From: Patescibacteria group bacterium
GTDB taxonomy: Bacteria; Patescibacteriota; Minisyncoccia; Phycocordibacterales; SIBU01
Length of the DNA: 64,000 bases
Direction of reading: 5' to 3'
Assembly: GCA_040390045.1 (NCBI GenBank)
Contig: JAZJZC010000004.1
Span: 579 to 64,578 of the forward strand
Shown here piece after piece: positions 8,968 to 18,527 of the stretch. The notes beneath the pieces are model-generated. The model searched no databases. It was not told the DNA's origin and was given only the letters and a program-made list of their open reading frames with translations. Position 1 is the first letter of the stretch. The number at the start of each line of letters is the position of its first letter. Made by a program: the position numbers and the translations under genes.

Positions 8968-11238
8968 TCAGTTTGTTAATCGCTCAAACCATGACTTGGC
9001 TTTTTTATGCACAGTCGAACTTTTTTCAACCGCCAATCGTGCTAAAAGATACATAACGGTCGATTCCGCTCCTTGGTTTAGGTTGACGTAGTCTTTACCA
9101 ACTCCGTCGTAACAACCACCAGAATCATAATCGTAGACTACTTGTCGTAATAGGTTGTTGCCGGTAAACCAGCCAAAGGCCAACATCATCAAGTGTTGAT
9201 AGCGTTCTTCACCCGTAATTTCGTACATGGTTTTGAGTGTTTGGACGAGCGTGGCTACTTCTTCCGGCTGTTGATCGTGAAGTTGTTTTTCGCCACCTTT
9301 TTGAAACCAGCCCTTCTGTCCAATTGGAACGCAGATATCACCTTGGAAACTGTATAAGATCAAAAATTCCAAACTAGTCTTGGCCACTGACAAATATTTT
9401 TCATTACCAGTTTCGCGGAATGCCAAGGCAAGAGCCTCGGGCAAGAGCCCGTTTGAGTAGGTCAACGAGTCACCAAACCACTGCCAGTTGTGCGTTGAAT
9501 TTTTTTCATAGAGCTCGACTAGCTTGTCTGCGTAACCGACAATTTTAGTTTTAATTTCGACAGAAGGGTCGATGGTAATCCATGCGGTAAGAGATTTAAG
9601 AAAAAACGCCATAGACCGAGGGTGTTCAGGAAAAAAAGAATTTGCGCTGAGATCGTACAACGAATACGCCTGAGTTCGTAACTGCTTCGACATAACATTT
9701 GAACTTGCGGCAATAGCAAGCGATTCGAGCGCGCGGGCTCGAGCATCTTCTAGACTATCAATCCTGTTTTTCTCAGATGGAATCGTTCGGTCGTAATTTA
9801 CATAATTGGAAAAATCCCCAAAAGCTTCTGCGACGTAATCTATAAAATTTAAATAAATTTTTGCCAACTCAAGTACCGATTTATCCCTCCGCTCCTCGCA
9901 GTACTTTATGACGGCAATCAAAGCTCGGGCGTTGTCGTCGAGTGTGTATCCGGAGGACGGATCTGGCGTGGTTAGGTTCGTAAACTGAATCATTCCAAAT
10001 TTGTCTGTCAATTCAAATATGTGATCGAGTTTTATTTTTGGCAGATTGGTTTCGATGTTTGAGAGGGACGGTGCGAGCGTAATATATTCTTTCATGTACA
10101 GCAGGGCGCAGTTGTGCCACGTCTTGCTTCTGGTTCTGAAGTAGGCGCGTTTTCCCATCTCCTTTTGACGCGTAGGATCTTTTAGCATTTTTAAAAGCGC
10201 GTTTTTAATATCCTCAGGATTTTTAAAATCAACAAGCAATCCGGTTTCTTCAGTGATGTCTTCTTTGGCTTGGGCAAATCGAGTGGCAATGACTGGCCGG
10301 CCAGCACCGAGTGCATAGGAAAATGTTCCTGAAACCGCCTGATTTGGTTCAAGAGAAAGCGCCAGATAAATATCGGTGGCCTCCAAAAAATTTAATAAGT
10401 CAGGTAAATCAAAATATTTATTATGAAAAATGACATGTTTTCGCAACCCAAGTTGTTCAACTTTTTTGATCAGTGATTTTCTGTAGCTTTCACCTTCTCG
10501 CGCCAAAATGACGGGGTGGGTCGCGCCAATGACGTGGTATTCAACATTTGGAAAACGTTTGACCACCTCAGGTAAAGATTCAATGCCATATTCAATGCCT
10601 TTTCCCTTGCTCAAAAGTCCAAAAGTTGAAAGGACCATTTTTCCTGAAAGCCCCAACTTCGCTTTGGCTTTTTTGCCGTCGGAAAATGGCTTTGGGTGGA
10701 TGCCGTGAGGAATTATTTTTATTTTAGAAGCATCAATTGTATAGTCAGTAGCCAATATTTTTTTCGAGGTTTCTGTCATAACAATAATGGTGTTGGCTTT
10801 CATGCCAAGTTCCTCTACGGTTTTTTTTAGAATTGGATTTGGTCCAGGAAGAACTGTGTGCAAGGTAAGCACAATTGGTTTGCGGAGTTCGTTCATGAAA
10901 TCCAAAATATACGAACCGTATTCTCCGCCAAAAATACCGAATTCGTGTTGAATATTTACAACCGAAACATTTTCCAGACTATTTAAATATCGAGCGGCGC
11001 CCAGATAGCTTTTCTTATCAGGCTGAGTGATTTGATAAATTACTCGGTCCAAGTCATACCGATGTTTTGACCGACTATCGAGATTGATTGCTACCACTTT
11101 TGACTCCTCTCGAGGCATGTAGAGTTCGTCAAAGGTATTCATCAGGTCCTGAGTGAAAGTGGCGATCCCGCACTCTCTGGGAGGGAAGGTAGAAACATAG
11201 ACAATCCACTGGCGACTGTTTTTTTGGAGTCCGAACAT
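8968..11238 (-). CDS. glycosyltransferase family 4 fused to C-terminal (alpha/alpha)6-toroid glycosidase/epimerase-like domain
   Basis: The N-terminal half has a GT4/group-1 signature (EYHVIGATHP...ALSLEPNQAVSGTFSYALGAGRPVIATRF). The C-terminal 350 aa resemble the six-hairpin AGE/GH superfamily (WQWFGDSLTYSNGLLPEAL). Confidence 0.6.
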   Translation of the reverse strand: MFGLQKNSRQWIVYVSTFPPRECGIATFTQDLMNTFDELYMPREESKVVAINLDSRSKHRYDLDRVIYQITQPDKKSYLGAARYLNSLENVSVVNIQHEFGIFGGEYGSYILDFMNELRKPIVLTLHTVLPGPNPILKKTVEELGMKANTIIVMTETSKKILATDYTIDASKIKIIPHGIHPKPFSDGKKAKAKLGLSGKMVLSTFGLLSKGKGIEYGIESLPEVVKRFPNVEYHVIGATHPVILAREGESYRKSLIKKVEQLGLRKHVIFHNKYFDLPDLLNFLEATDIYLALSLEPNQAVSGTFSYALGAGRPVIATRFAQAKEDITEETGLLVDFKNPEDIKNALLKMLKDPTRQKEMGKRAYFRTRSKTWHNCALLYMKEYITLAPSLSNIETNLPKIKLDHIFELTDKFGMIQFTNLTTPDPSSGYTLDDNARALIAVIKYCEERRDKSVLELAKIYLNFIDYVAEAFGDFSNYVNYDRTIPSEKNRIDSLEDARARALESLAIAASSNVMSKQLRTQAYSLYDLSANSFFPEHPRSMAFFLKSLTAWITIDPSVEIKTKIVGYADKLVELYEKNSTHNWQWFGDSLTYSNGLLPEALALAFRETGNEKYLSVAKTSLEFLILYSFQGDICVPIGQKGWFQKGGEKQLHDQQPEEVATLVQTLKTMYEITGEERYQHLMMLAFGWFTGNNLLRQVVYDYDSGGCYDGVGKDYVNLNQGAESTVMYLLARLAVEKSSTVHKKAKSWFERLTN

Positions 11239-11320
11239 AGGTATCTAGTATAAAGGGTTTTGAAACTAAGGGCAAAGTTACGAATCTTGCCCGCAGGACA
11301 ATGTTCCATTCAATGTAGTT

Positions 11321-12439
11321 TTGGTATACTTGATGAAATATATGAAAATTATTCTACTAGTTGCCCGAGACGGGTTTAGTTTTATCAATCAGGCGGAAGC
11401 GCTGTCAAAAGGCTTACGTATCGTGAACATTGATCATAAAATTATTCGAATTGTTGACGAATTTCCAGAAAAAGAAATTAGGGAGTACAACCCGGATTGC
11501 ATACTCGGTATTGGTTCGTGGCATTCATATAAAGATTTCGTTGAAAAGCCTCGATTTCTCGGTATCCGCGCCGTTCCTTGGATAGTTTCCGATGATGCAT
11601 TTGATACATTTGTTAATGAGTATAATGAGCTCGATCTCATTTTGACGACCAGCGAATATTGTAAGAGTGTTTTTGTGCAAGGCGGAATCAAGAAGGATAT
11701 CGTGAAGGTTGTTCCAGAGGCCGTCAACGATGGTTTTTGGAAACCAATACTAGATGAGGATTTGTTGCCATTTATAAAGCGGATTTCAATTACCCATTCA
11801 GAAATAGTGTTACCACAGACTTTTGATCTTGAAAAAATAAAAGAAAAGGGTATTCCCATTCTTTTTACCACAGGCGGAGATGCAACGAGTAAAGGGGCGC
11901 TCGAGGTAATAGCCGCTCTTGGAAGGCTCGATAGGTCTGTTCCTTGGATTTATATATTAAAAACTTGGCCCTCAGAATTCAGCTTCGGTCGTTCAATTCT
12001 CGAGCTCGCGCTAGCGGAAAAGTTAGGTATTCGAGATAGGCTTAAGTATATTGTTGGAGAGTTTTCGGACGAGTTCATGCTCGGCCTTATGAATCTTTGT
12101 GATATCTATGTTGCGCCATCGCGGAGTGAAGGATTTGGTTTACCGCTTGTAGAAGCCCAGATGTGCGGAAAGCCCGTTATTACTATTGCGGCCACTGCGG
12201 CTCAAGAAACCATCAAGGATGGAAAGACCGGGTTTTTAGTTGGCCAAGACAGCGAAAGTAAATCACCGCGCGCCGATGTAAAAGCTCTTTCAGAGATTTT
12301 GGCAAAACTTCTTTCAAACCCAAGGCTTTGTGAAAAACTCGGTTCCCAAGGAGTAGCGTATTCCCGAGAACATTTCAGTCCCGAAGTTATTGTCAATCAA
12401 CTTTTGAAAGAATTAACTAACCAAAAATATGGTCACTAA
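11321..12439 (+). CDS. glycosyltransferase family 4 (group 1)
   Basis: The C-terminal EX7E-type motif VAPSRSEGFGLPLVEAQMCGKPVI is present. Confidence 0.7.
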   Translation: MVYLMKYMKIILLVARDGFSFINQAEALSKGLRIVNIDHKIIRIVDEFPEKEIREYNPDCILGIGSWHSYKDFVEKPRFLGIRAVPWIVSDDAFDTFVNEYNELDLILTTSEYCKSVFVQGGIKKDIVKVVPEAVNDGFWKPILDEDLLPFIKRISITHSEIVLPQTFDLEKIKEKGIPILFTTGGDATSKGALEVIAALGRLDRSVPWIYILKTWPSEFSFGRSILELALAEKLGIRDRLKYIVGEFSDEFMLGLMNLCDIYVAPSRSEGFGLPLVEAQMCGKPVITIAATAAQETIKDGKTGFLVGQDSESKSPRADVKALSEILAKLLSNPRLCEKLGSQGVAYSREHFSPEVIVNQLLKELTNQKYGH

Positions 12440-12932
12440 AAAGAGTCAATTTTTCGTACTCGCTGTGACCGCAATCCTCCTTTTGTCCTTTATAGTTTTT
12501 TGGAAAGTCAATCAAAAGGACATTGGCCTTTCGGAGCTAGCTGGTGAAGGAGACGTTAAAAACTCTGTAGAGCTTGATATAGGACATTCTCATCTTACGG
12601 TAATGATAGCCGACATCCCAGCCCTTCAAATAAAGGGTTTGGGTGGACGTGACTTTTTAGCCGACGACCAAGGAATGCTTTTTATATTTAAAGATTTAGC
12701 ATACCCAAGTATTTGGATGAAGGACATGCATTTTCCGATTGATATTTTGTGGTTTAATGATGAAAAAAAAGTGGTGAGCGTCGAAAAAAATGTTGCAACT
12801 TCCACATATCCCAAAATCTATACACCGAAATTGCCTGCGCGCTACGTTTTGGAGACAAATGCCGGTTTTTTTGAAAAAAATAATTTAAAAATTGGTAGTG
12901 AAATTTATTTTTCAAAAGAAGTTGCAAAGTAA
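12429..12932 (+). CDS. DUF192 domain protein
   Basis: The DUF192 pattern (MLFIFKD...MKDMHFPIDILWFNDEKKVV) follows an N-terminal TM helix. Confidence 0.55.
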   Translation: MVTKKSQFFVLAVTAILLLSFIVFWKVNQKDIGLSELAGEGDVKNSVELDIGHSHLTVMIADIPALQIKGLGGRDFLADDQGMLFIFKDLAYPSIWMKDMHFPIDILWFNDEKKVVSVEKNVATSTYPKIYTPKLPARYVLETNAGFFEKNNLKIGSEIYFSKEVAK

Positions 12933-13071
12933 CGAGCTTTGTCAAAGGAATTTGAGAGGCACGTTTACAGTTTTTAAATTTTATACTCCAGTTTGATTTA
13001 AACACTTGTCCACTGTTTTTTCTTTTGGTTATAAGTAGTAGAATATAGAAATAAAAGTCAGATAGAAATTT

Positions 13072-13190
13072 CACAGTTGGCGCATTTCTTCGTTGCTTCA
13101 CAATTTTACTCCTGCAATGTATACGAATACATTTTAGTTGCAAAATTGTTCGCGCCTCGAATTGCATCCAACCGTAAAATTTCTAAAAAA
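13072..13190. repeat. about 110 bp direct repeat R1 upstream of nrdJ (about 85% identical to R2 at 15536-15650)
   Basis: Direct comparison of the two stretches; both also appear as paralogous spurious minus-strand ORFs starting MQFEAR. Confidence 0.8.
13117..13132. promoter_or_regulatory. NrdR-box-like 16 bp palindrome ATGTATACGAATACAT in nrdJ leader
   Basis: Perfect dyad. R2 carries the compensatory variant ACATATATGAATATGT, which indicates selection on the dyad. Confidence 0.45.
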
Positions 13191-13220
13191 ATTATAAAAA
13201 CTTATTTATTAAAAAGCAGT

Positions 13221-15527
13221 ATGGCATCCAGCAAGAAAACCCCAGTCAAAGTAGAAGTTTTGGTTAAAAATGTCCAGAAAAGAGACGGATCGATCGTTCC
13301 GTTTGAATTTGAGCGCGTCGTCACTGCCATCAACAAGGCGATGATCAGCACCGGCGAAGGTTCTGAGCAAGAAGCGCGACTTGTAGCCAATAAAGTTTTG
13401 GCGGATCTTGTTCGTATCGTCCGGAAACATAAAAATTTTGTTCCAACCGTCGAAGGTATTCAGGATTCGGTTGAGAAAGAATTAATTTTGAGCGAATACG
13501 TTAAAACCGCCAAGAGTTACATTTTGTATCGTGAAAAACGATCCAAACTTCGTGAAAAAGGATTGCACGTTCCAGAGAAAGTTAAAAAAATGGCGACGGA
13601 CAGCAAGAAATATTTCAGAAATCCGCTCGGTGAATTTGTCTACTATCGTACGTACTCACGATGGATGGATGGGGAAGGAAGAAGGGAGACTTGGATCGAA
13701 ACTGTCGACCGTTATATTTCTTTCATGAAAGAAAATGTCGGTAAGAAATTAAAAGATGCTGAGTATTCAGAAATTCGTGAAGGAATTTTGAAACAAGAAG
13801 CGATGCCAAGCATGCGGCTTTTGCAATTTGCTGGAGACGCGGCACGCAAGACTAATGTCTGCGCGTACAACTGTTCATTTATTGCTCCAGAAAATTTTCG
13901 CGACATCGCAGAAATTATGTATGTCTCGATGTGTGGTACCGGAGCCGGCTGGGCAGTAGAAAGTCAGAACGTTCAAAAATTTCCACAAATAAAATTGCAG
14001 ACTGGAAAAAAATTACCAACGCACACGATAGATGACAGCAAGGAAGGTTGGTGCGATGCATTTATTTTAGGAACCAACGCGTGGGTAAATGGCACTGATG
14101 TTGATTTTGATTATTCTCAATTGCGACCGGCTGGAGCTCGACTTAAAACTATGGGAGGTAAATCAAGTGGACCAGAACCGTTGCGACGCCTTCTCAGTTT
14201 CGCTCGAGAGAAAATGTTGAAGAGGCAGGGCAAGCGACTTTCAAATCTCGATGTACACGATATTATTTGTATGATCGGGGATTGCGTTGTTTCAGGCGGA
14301 GTCCGAAGAAGCGCCATGATCAGTCTTTCTGATCTTGATGATCTCGAAATTCGCGATTCAAAAAAAGGCCAGTTCTATCTTAATGAACCACAGCGCAGTC
14401 TCGCCAACAATTCTGCTGTCTATATTAATAAGCCTTCAACTGCTGATTTCATGAATGAGTGGGTAGCCCTCATGAACAGTGGATCAGGCGAGCGCGGAAT
14501 ATTTAATCGCGGTTCACTTGCTAAAACTTTGCCAGAACGCCGATTGAAAGTTTTGAAGGGTTATTTTGACGCTAGTGGAAAAAATATTATTGGATCAATC
14601 GGAACCAATCCATGCGGAGAAATTATTTTGCAATCAAAGCAATTTTGTAATCTTTCAGAAGTTGTGGCGCGAAAGGAGGATGATGAAAAAAGTTTACTTC
14701 GAAAAGTTCGCCTGGCCACTATCTTGGGAACCTACCAATCATCACTAACCAATTTCCCATATCTTTCAAAAGAATGGAAAGAACATTGTGAAGAAGAACG
14801 ATTGCTCGGAGTTTCCATTACTGGTCAGTGGGATTGTCCTGCAGTTCGAGATGCAAAAGTTTTGCAAAAAATGAAAGATGAAGCTATCAAGATCAATCAG
14901 ATCTTCGCCAAGAAACTCGGCATCAGCGCTTCAACCTGCATCACCTGTGTTAAACCTTCTGGAACATTGTCACAAACAGTAGACTGTTCTTCTGGAATGC
15001 ACCCACGACATGCTCCGTTTTATATTCGACGCATTCGAATTTCCGCCACCGACGCGTTGTTTAAAATGTTGCGCGATCAGGGTGTGCCGTATCATCCAGA
15101 GGTTGGACAGCCAATGGATTCTGCCACGACCTATGTTTTGGAATTTCCAGTTAAGGCTCCAGGAGGTTCAATTTACAAAGATGATATTTCAGCATTGAAA
15201 CAACTTGAGCACTGGAAACTTTTGAAAGAAAATTTTACTGAGCACAATCCATCGGTGACCGTTTCAGTGGGGGAAGATGAATGGATTTCTGTAGCCAACT
15301 GGTTGTATGAACACTGGGATATCATTGGAGGACTTTCATTCTTGCCGAGAGATAATCATGTGTACCAGCTCGCTCCGTACGAAAAGATTGATGAGAAGAC
15401 CTACTTGGAAATGTCCAAGCGAATTGCGCACATAGACTTTTCAAAAATTATTACGTACGAAAAGCAGGATGAGACTGAAGTGAGGAAGGAGATGGCGTGT
15501 GTCGCCGGGGTTTGCGAAGTGGTGTAA
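13221..15527 (+). CDS. nrdJ: class II adenosylcobalamin-dependent ribonucleotide reductase with N-terminal ATP-cone
   Basis: Has an N-terminal ATP-cone (VQKRDGSIVPFEFERVVTAINKA), the class II hallmark NPCGEIIL and C-terminal thiyl-radical region motifs. The start was reassigned to ATG 13221; the ORF-track start at 13077 lies in the repeat R1. Confidence 0.8.
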   Translation: MASSKKTPVKVEVLVKNVQKRDGSIVPFEFERVVTAINKAMISTGEGSEQEARLVANKVLADLVRIVRKHKNFVPTVEGIQDSVEKELILSEYVKTAKSYILYREKRSKLREKGLHVPEKVKKMATDSKKYFRNPLGEFVYYRTYSRWMDGEGRRETWIETVDRYISFMKENVGKKLKDAEYSEIREGILKQEAMPSMRLLQFAGDAARKTNVCAYNCSFIAPENFRDIAEIMYVSMCGTGAGWAVESQNVQKFPQIKLQTGKKLPTHTIDDSKEGWCDAFILGTNAWVNGTDVDFDYSQLRPAGARLKTMGGKSSGPEPLRRLLSFAREKMLKRQGKRLSNLDVHDIICMIGDCVVSGGVRRSAMISLSDLDDLEIRDSKKGQFYLNEPQRSLANNSAVYINKPSTADFMNEWVALMNSGSGERGIFNRGSLAKTLPERRLKVLKGYFDASGKNIIGSIGTNPCGEIILQSKQFCNLSEVVARKEDDEKSLLRKVRLATILGTYQSSLTNFPYLSKEWKEHCEEERLLGVSITGQWDCPAVRDAKVLQKMKDEAIKINQIFAKKLGISASTCITCVKPSGTLSQTVDCSSGMHPRHAPFYIRRIRISATDALFKMLRDQGVPYHPEVGQPMDSATTYVLEFPVKAPGGSIYKDDISALKQLEHWKLLKENFTEHNPSVTVSVGEDEWISVANWLYEHWDIIGGLSFLPRDNHVYQLAPYEKIDEKTYLEMSKRIAHIDFSKIITYEKQDETEVRKEMACVAGVCEVV

Positions 15528-15535
15528 AACATTTG

Positions 15536-15650
15536 AATCTGGCGCCCTTCTTCGTTGCTTCACGATTTTGCTTCTGCAACATATATGAATATGTTTTAGT
15601 CGCAAAATCGCTCGCGCCTCGAATTGCATCCAGATTCAAATTTTTTCCTA
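15536..15650. repeat. direct repeat R2 downstream of nrdJ stop, upstream of its terminator
   Basis: See R1. Contains the palindrome ACATATATGAATATGT at 15579-15594. Confidence 0.8.
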
Positions 15651-15680
15651 AGCTGTACTAAATTTGGGAAAGTTAAAAAA

Positions 15681-15720
15681 AGAATCCCCCGCGCCACAGG
15701 CGCGGGGGATTCTTTTGTCG
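15681..15720 (+). terminator. rho-independent terminator of nrdJ (agaatcccccgcgcc-acag-ggcgcgggggattc + TTTT)
   Basis: 14 bp GC-rich stem followed by a T-run. Confidence 0.75.
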
Positions 15721-15791
15721 GTCGGAAAAATATTAAAAAAGAAAAACCTCGCGCGGACGCGAGGCATGGGCGAAGTAAAGCTCGTCAAAAA

Positions 15792-16565
15792 TCAGGGTGA
15801 TTTTTGACGAGGCGAGGAGGAGAGACTCTGCAAGCCCTCAGTTGGTCTGGCGGGTGCGTTCGTCGTCAAATTTTCGCCTATCGCCGCTTGATGTAACTGA
15901 AGTTTTCTCTTCTGCACGCCTTCGAGTGTTTCAAGCGGGGCCAAAACAGTCCCATCTGATTGGAGGTGAACGAAGAAGAACATTTCCTGTTTTTTGTCAC
16001 CATCGGAGGCCAGTTTCAATTTTGGATCATTAACTGGTTCAGCCCCAACCCAATTTTGAACAGGCACAAGTGAGAGGCATTTGCTTACCATAAATACATA
16101 TTCATCGCTGGTCGAATTGGTAATGTTTCGACGAACTCTACCCACGTACTGATAGTGGTCAGTAAAAAAATACGCCGTTTCCTTGTTGATAACCCCAATG
16201 ACCTTGTAGCCTGAGCGAATTTCGCGAGCAAGTTTTATCCATTCGGAATCAGTGTATTTGTTGCCGGAGCGTTCCCCACGCCAACTCCAGATTTCATCCA
16301 GTTGATCAGGTGTGTTCCCCACACCTGTCTTTAAATCTGCAAACAGGATATCGTCGCCAGTGAAATCTGCGCGGAGTAAACAGGTGTCAGTTCCGATTAA
16401 CCACATGCGTTCAACGGAGGTCACACCAGTTGCCCTAGTCTCGAATTTACTGTAGATCGGTGGGGTGGTTCTGAGCCAATACACGGAGGGCTCCTTTGCG
16501 TTCGTGACGAGGGCTGCAAGAAAAAGAACAACTGCGACAAACAGACGGCTAAGTAATTTTTTCAT
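15792..16565 (-). CDS. secreted hypothetical protein, paralog A
   Basis: Signal peptide present. Paralogous to 16779-17567 (NWVGAEPVNDPKLKLASDGD vs NWVGHEPVVGQLFTLASDGD). Confidence 0.6.
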   Translation of the reverse strand: MKKLLSRLFVAVVLFLAALVTNAKEPSVYWLRTTPPIYSKFETRATGVTSVERMWLIGTDTCLLRADFTGDDILFADLKTGVGNTPDQLDEIWSWRGERSGNKYTDSEWIKLAREIRSGYKVIGVINKETAYFFTDHYQYVGRVRRNITNSTSDEYVFMVSKCLSLVPVQNWVGAEPVNDPKLKLASDGDKKQEMFFFVHLQSDGTVLAPLETLEGVQKRKLQLHQAAIGENLTTNAPARPTEGLQSLSSSPRQKSP

Positions 16566-16778
16566 ATGTCAACTTTTACTGTATGCCGTGATATACAAGA
16601 TTATGGGGCGGAAGCCCATTCGTGCACGCTCGTGCAAGAACATTTCGTTATCCCGAACAGTCAGGCAAACAATTCCGAGCGTATTATGAATTATATATAA
16701 TAGTATGTCAATTTTTTTTCGGGGCGCGCAGAACAATATTAAAAAGAAAAAAACCTCGCGCGGACGCGAGGTTTTGAG

Positions 16779-17567
16779 TTACTTATTTTTCGGAGTGATG
16801 GCCTCTGTGACCTTCCTCACATCTTCGATCGACTTCGAAAGTTTTTCGCTTGGCGTTAGCCTAGCGTCAGCCTTCGCCTGTGCCAAATCCCTCTTGGCAT
16901 CAGCGATTTTTTCGGTGGTGTCGAGTGGCACGAGCACTTGGCCTCGAGCGTCGCGCGAAACAGCGAAGTAGATCTCCTCCTGTCTGTCGCCGTCTGACGC
17001 CAGAGTGAAAAGTTGACCCACTACCGGTTCATGTCCCACCCAATTTCGAACCGGGATCGACTTCAACCATTTGCCAGTTCGAAAAATGTACTCCCCTCCG
17101 TTTTGATCTGAGGAAGCTCGGAGCATTTTTCCAAGGCATTCAAATGGATCACGGAAACAGTAGGCAAAGTTCCCATTGACCAAGGCGATTTTCTGGTAGA
17201 ACTCGCGGTACTGTTGCGCCAACACGAGCCACGGTTCTTCTCCATTTTGAAGTCCCTTTTTGGATTCGGCAAGCGACCAATGCCAAATAGTTGCTTTACC
17301 CTCTGCTTTGTCTACGGTATCTATCCGCAGTTCAACTGGGCTAGTGTTTGTATTCGCAAACGAAGCAACAAGGTGATAGTCCGTGATCTCAAGTGACCAC
17401 ACCATTACCAAAATGTCTGCTACCCCCAGTTTACCTGAGATGAACTGGGTGAATGTCGGCGCGTTGGTGATGAGGGTTTGGGGTTGAACGGCGGGGGATT
17501 CCTGGGCGAAAAGCACCGAGGCAATGGTCATGAAAATGATGGCCACGAGTGAACTAAGAGTTTTCAT
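16779..17567 (-). CDS. secreted hypothetical protein, paralog B
   Basis: Tandem duplicate of 15792-16565. The terminators (cctcgcgcggacgcgagg) and the 130 bp upstream regions are also duplicated. Confidence 0.6.
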   Translation of the reverse strand: MKTLSSLVAIIFMTIASVLFAQESPAVQPQTLITNAPTFTQFISGKLGVADILVMVWSLEITDYHLVASFANTNTSPVELRIDTVDKAEGKATIWHWSLAESKKGLQNGEEPWLVLAQQYREFYQKIALVNGNFAYCFRDPFECLGKMLRASSDQNGGEYIFRTGKWLKSIPVRNWVGHEPVVGQLFTLASDGDRQEEIYFAVSRDARGQVLVPLDTTEKIADAKRDLAQAKADARLTPSEKLSKSIEDVRKVTEAITPKNK

Positions 17568-17857
17568 CGATGTAAATGTTCCGAGTGCCTTTTAACGGGA
17601 TCATGGAGCGAGAAGCCCATTCTTGCAAACAGCTACAAGAATTTTTCATGTTTCCGAACAGTCAGGTAAACTATTCTCGGCGCATTATAAATTATAAATT
17701 ACAAAATGTCAATTTATTGTAAAGAGAAAGCCGCCGCCCGTGAGGGCGGCGGCTTTCATGTGCTTTGTGTCTATAAGCCGAATTCTGTCCTTCGCTTGCG
17801 CGAATGGATAGTTATTTATCTGGGCCGCACATTGCTGTGTGGCTCAAGCGGCACTCG

Positions 17858-18527
17858 CCAATTTTGCCCACCACAGGTGGCGCAAAATTGAGCGTCCTGA
17901 GATTCGCCCTAATTAAGGCGAGCGAAGGGTCTTGACCCCTCGATTACTCGGGACGCTCAATTTTTCAGCTGCCTATGGCAGGAAAAATTGGCGCACGGCC
18001 TTGCACCCAGGTAAGGATTTTGTCGTTGCACTTCTCGTATTACTACGGAACTCGCCCCGACGTAAATCGGGGCGCTCCAAGGCTTTCGCGTCGGAGCGTC
18101 TCTGTTCGCACCTCTATCCTTGCGCCTGCCCGACTGAACGAGTCAGTCGTTCGGGCGGGGACGGCGGGCGTTACCTCCCGATGCCTTTCGGATCGGGATC
18201 CCGAATCCGCAAAGCGGACATCGGGACGCTACCATTCTCCCACGCACCTCGCTTCCACTCGGTGCGGAGTTCATCAAGTTGAAAGTTTCAAGTTTATAAA
18301 GTGAAGAGGAATTCTTACTTTAAAACTTTATAACTTTATGAACTTGTAACTGCATCGAACGAAAGTGAGATGCGCGGGGAGTGTTCGGACTTTCCTCGCC
18401 AATTTTGCCCACTAGAGATCGTTTTTCATAAACTCTGATTTTACAAAATTGGGCTGCCCTTCGATTTGCATAGGAGAGCAAATCTCAGGACGCTCAATTT
18501 TGCAACCACCTCCGGTGGGCAAAATTG
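17858..18527. repeat. 670 nt GC-rich, ORF-free structured element closed by a perfect 45 bp inverted repeat
   Basis: 17858-17900 (cgccaattttgcccacc-acag-gtggcgcaaaattgagcgtcctgag) is the exact reverse complement partner of 18481-18527. Sub-motifs (gacgctcaatttt, caaaattggcg) recur internally at 17951-17995 and 18401-18420. The interior is about 60% GC against an AT-rich background, with many local hairpins. Confidence 0.6.

Noticed and set aside
13077-13220. 5' extension of nrdJ ORF (MAHFFVASQFYSC...)
   Set aside because: It lies inside the repeated non-coding element R1; its paralog R2 is non-coding. The ATP-cone begins at ATG 13221.
13221-15527. Possible intein in the 816 aa RNR ORF
   Set aside because: After start reassignment the protein is about 768 aa. 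No Cys/Ser...His-Asn intein boundary blocks or endonuclease motifs were seen. The length is compatible with a monomeric class II RNR plus ATP-cone.
17932-18304. ORFs of 116 and 109 aa inside the GC-rich structured element
   Set aside because: Low-complexity Arg/Ser/Pro/Gly translations, overlapping in two frames, with no start context. These are typical spurious ORFs in GC-rich RNA-like DNA.
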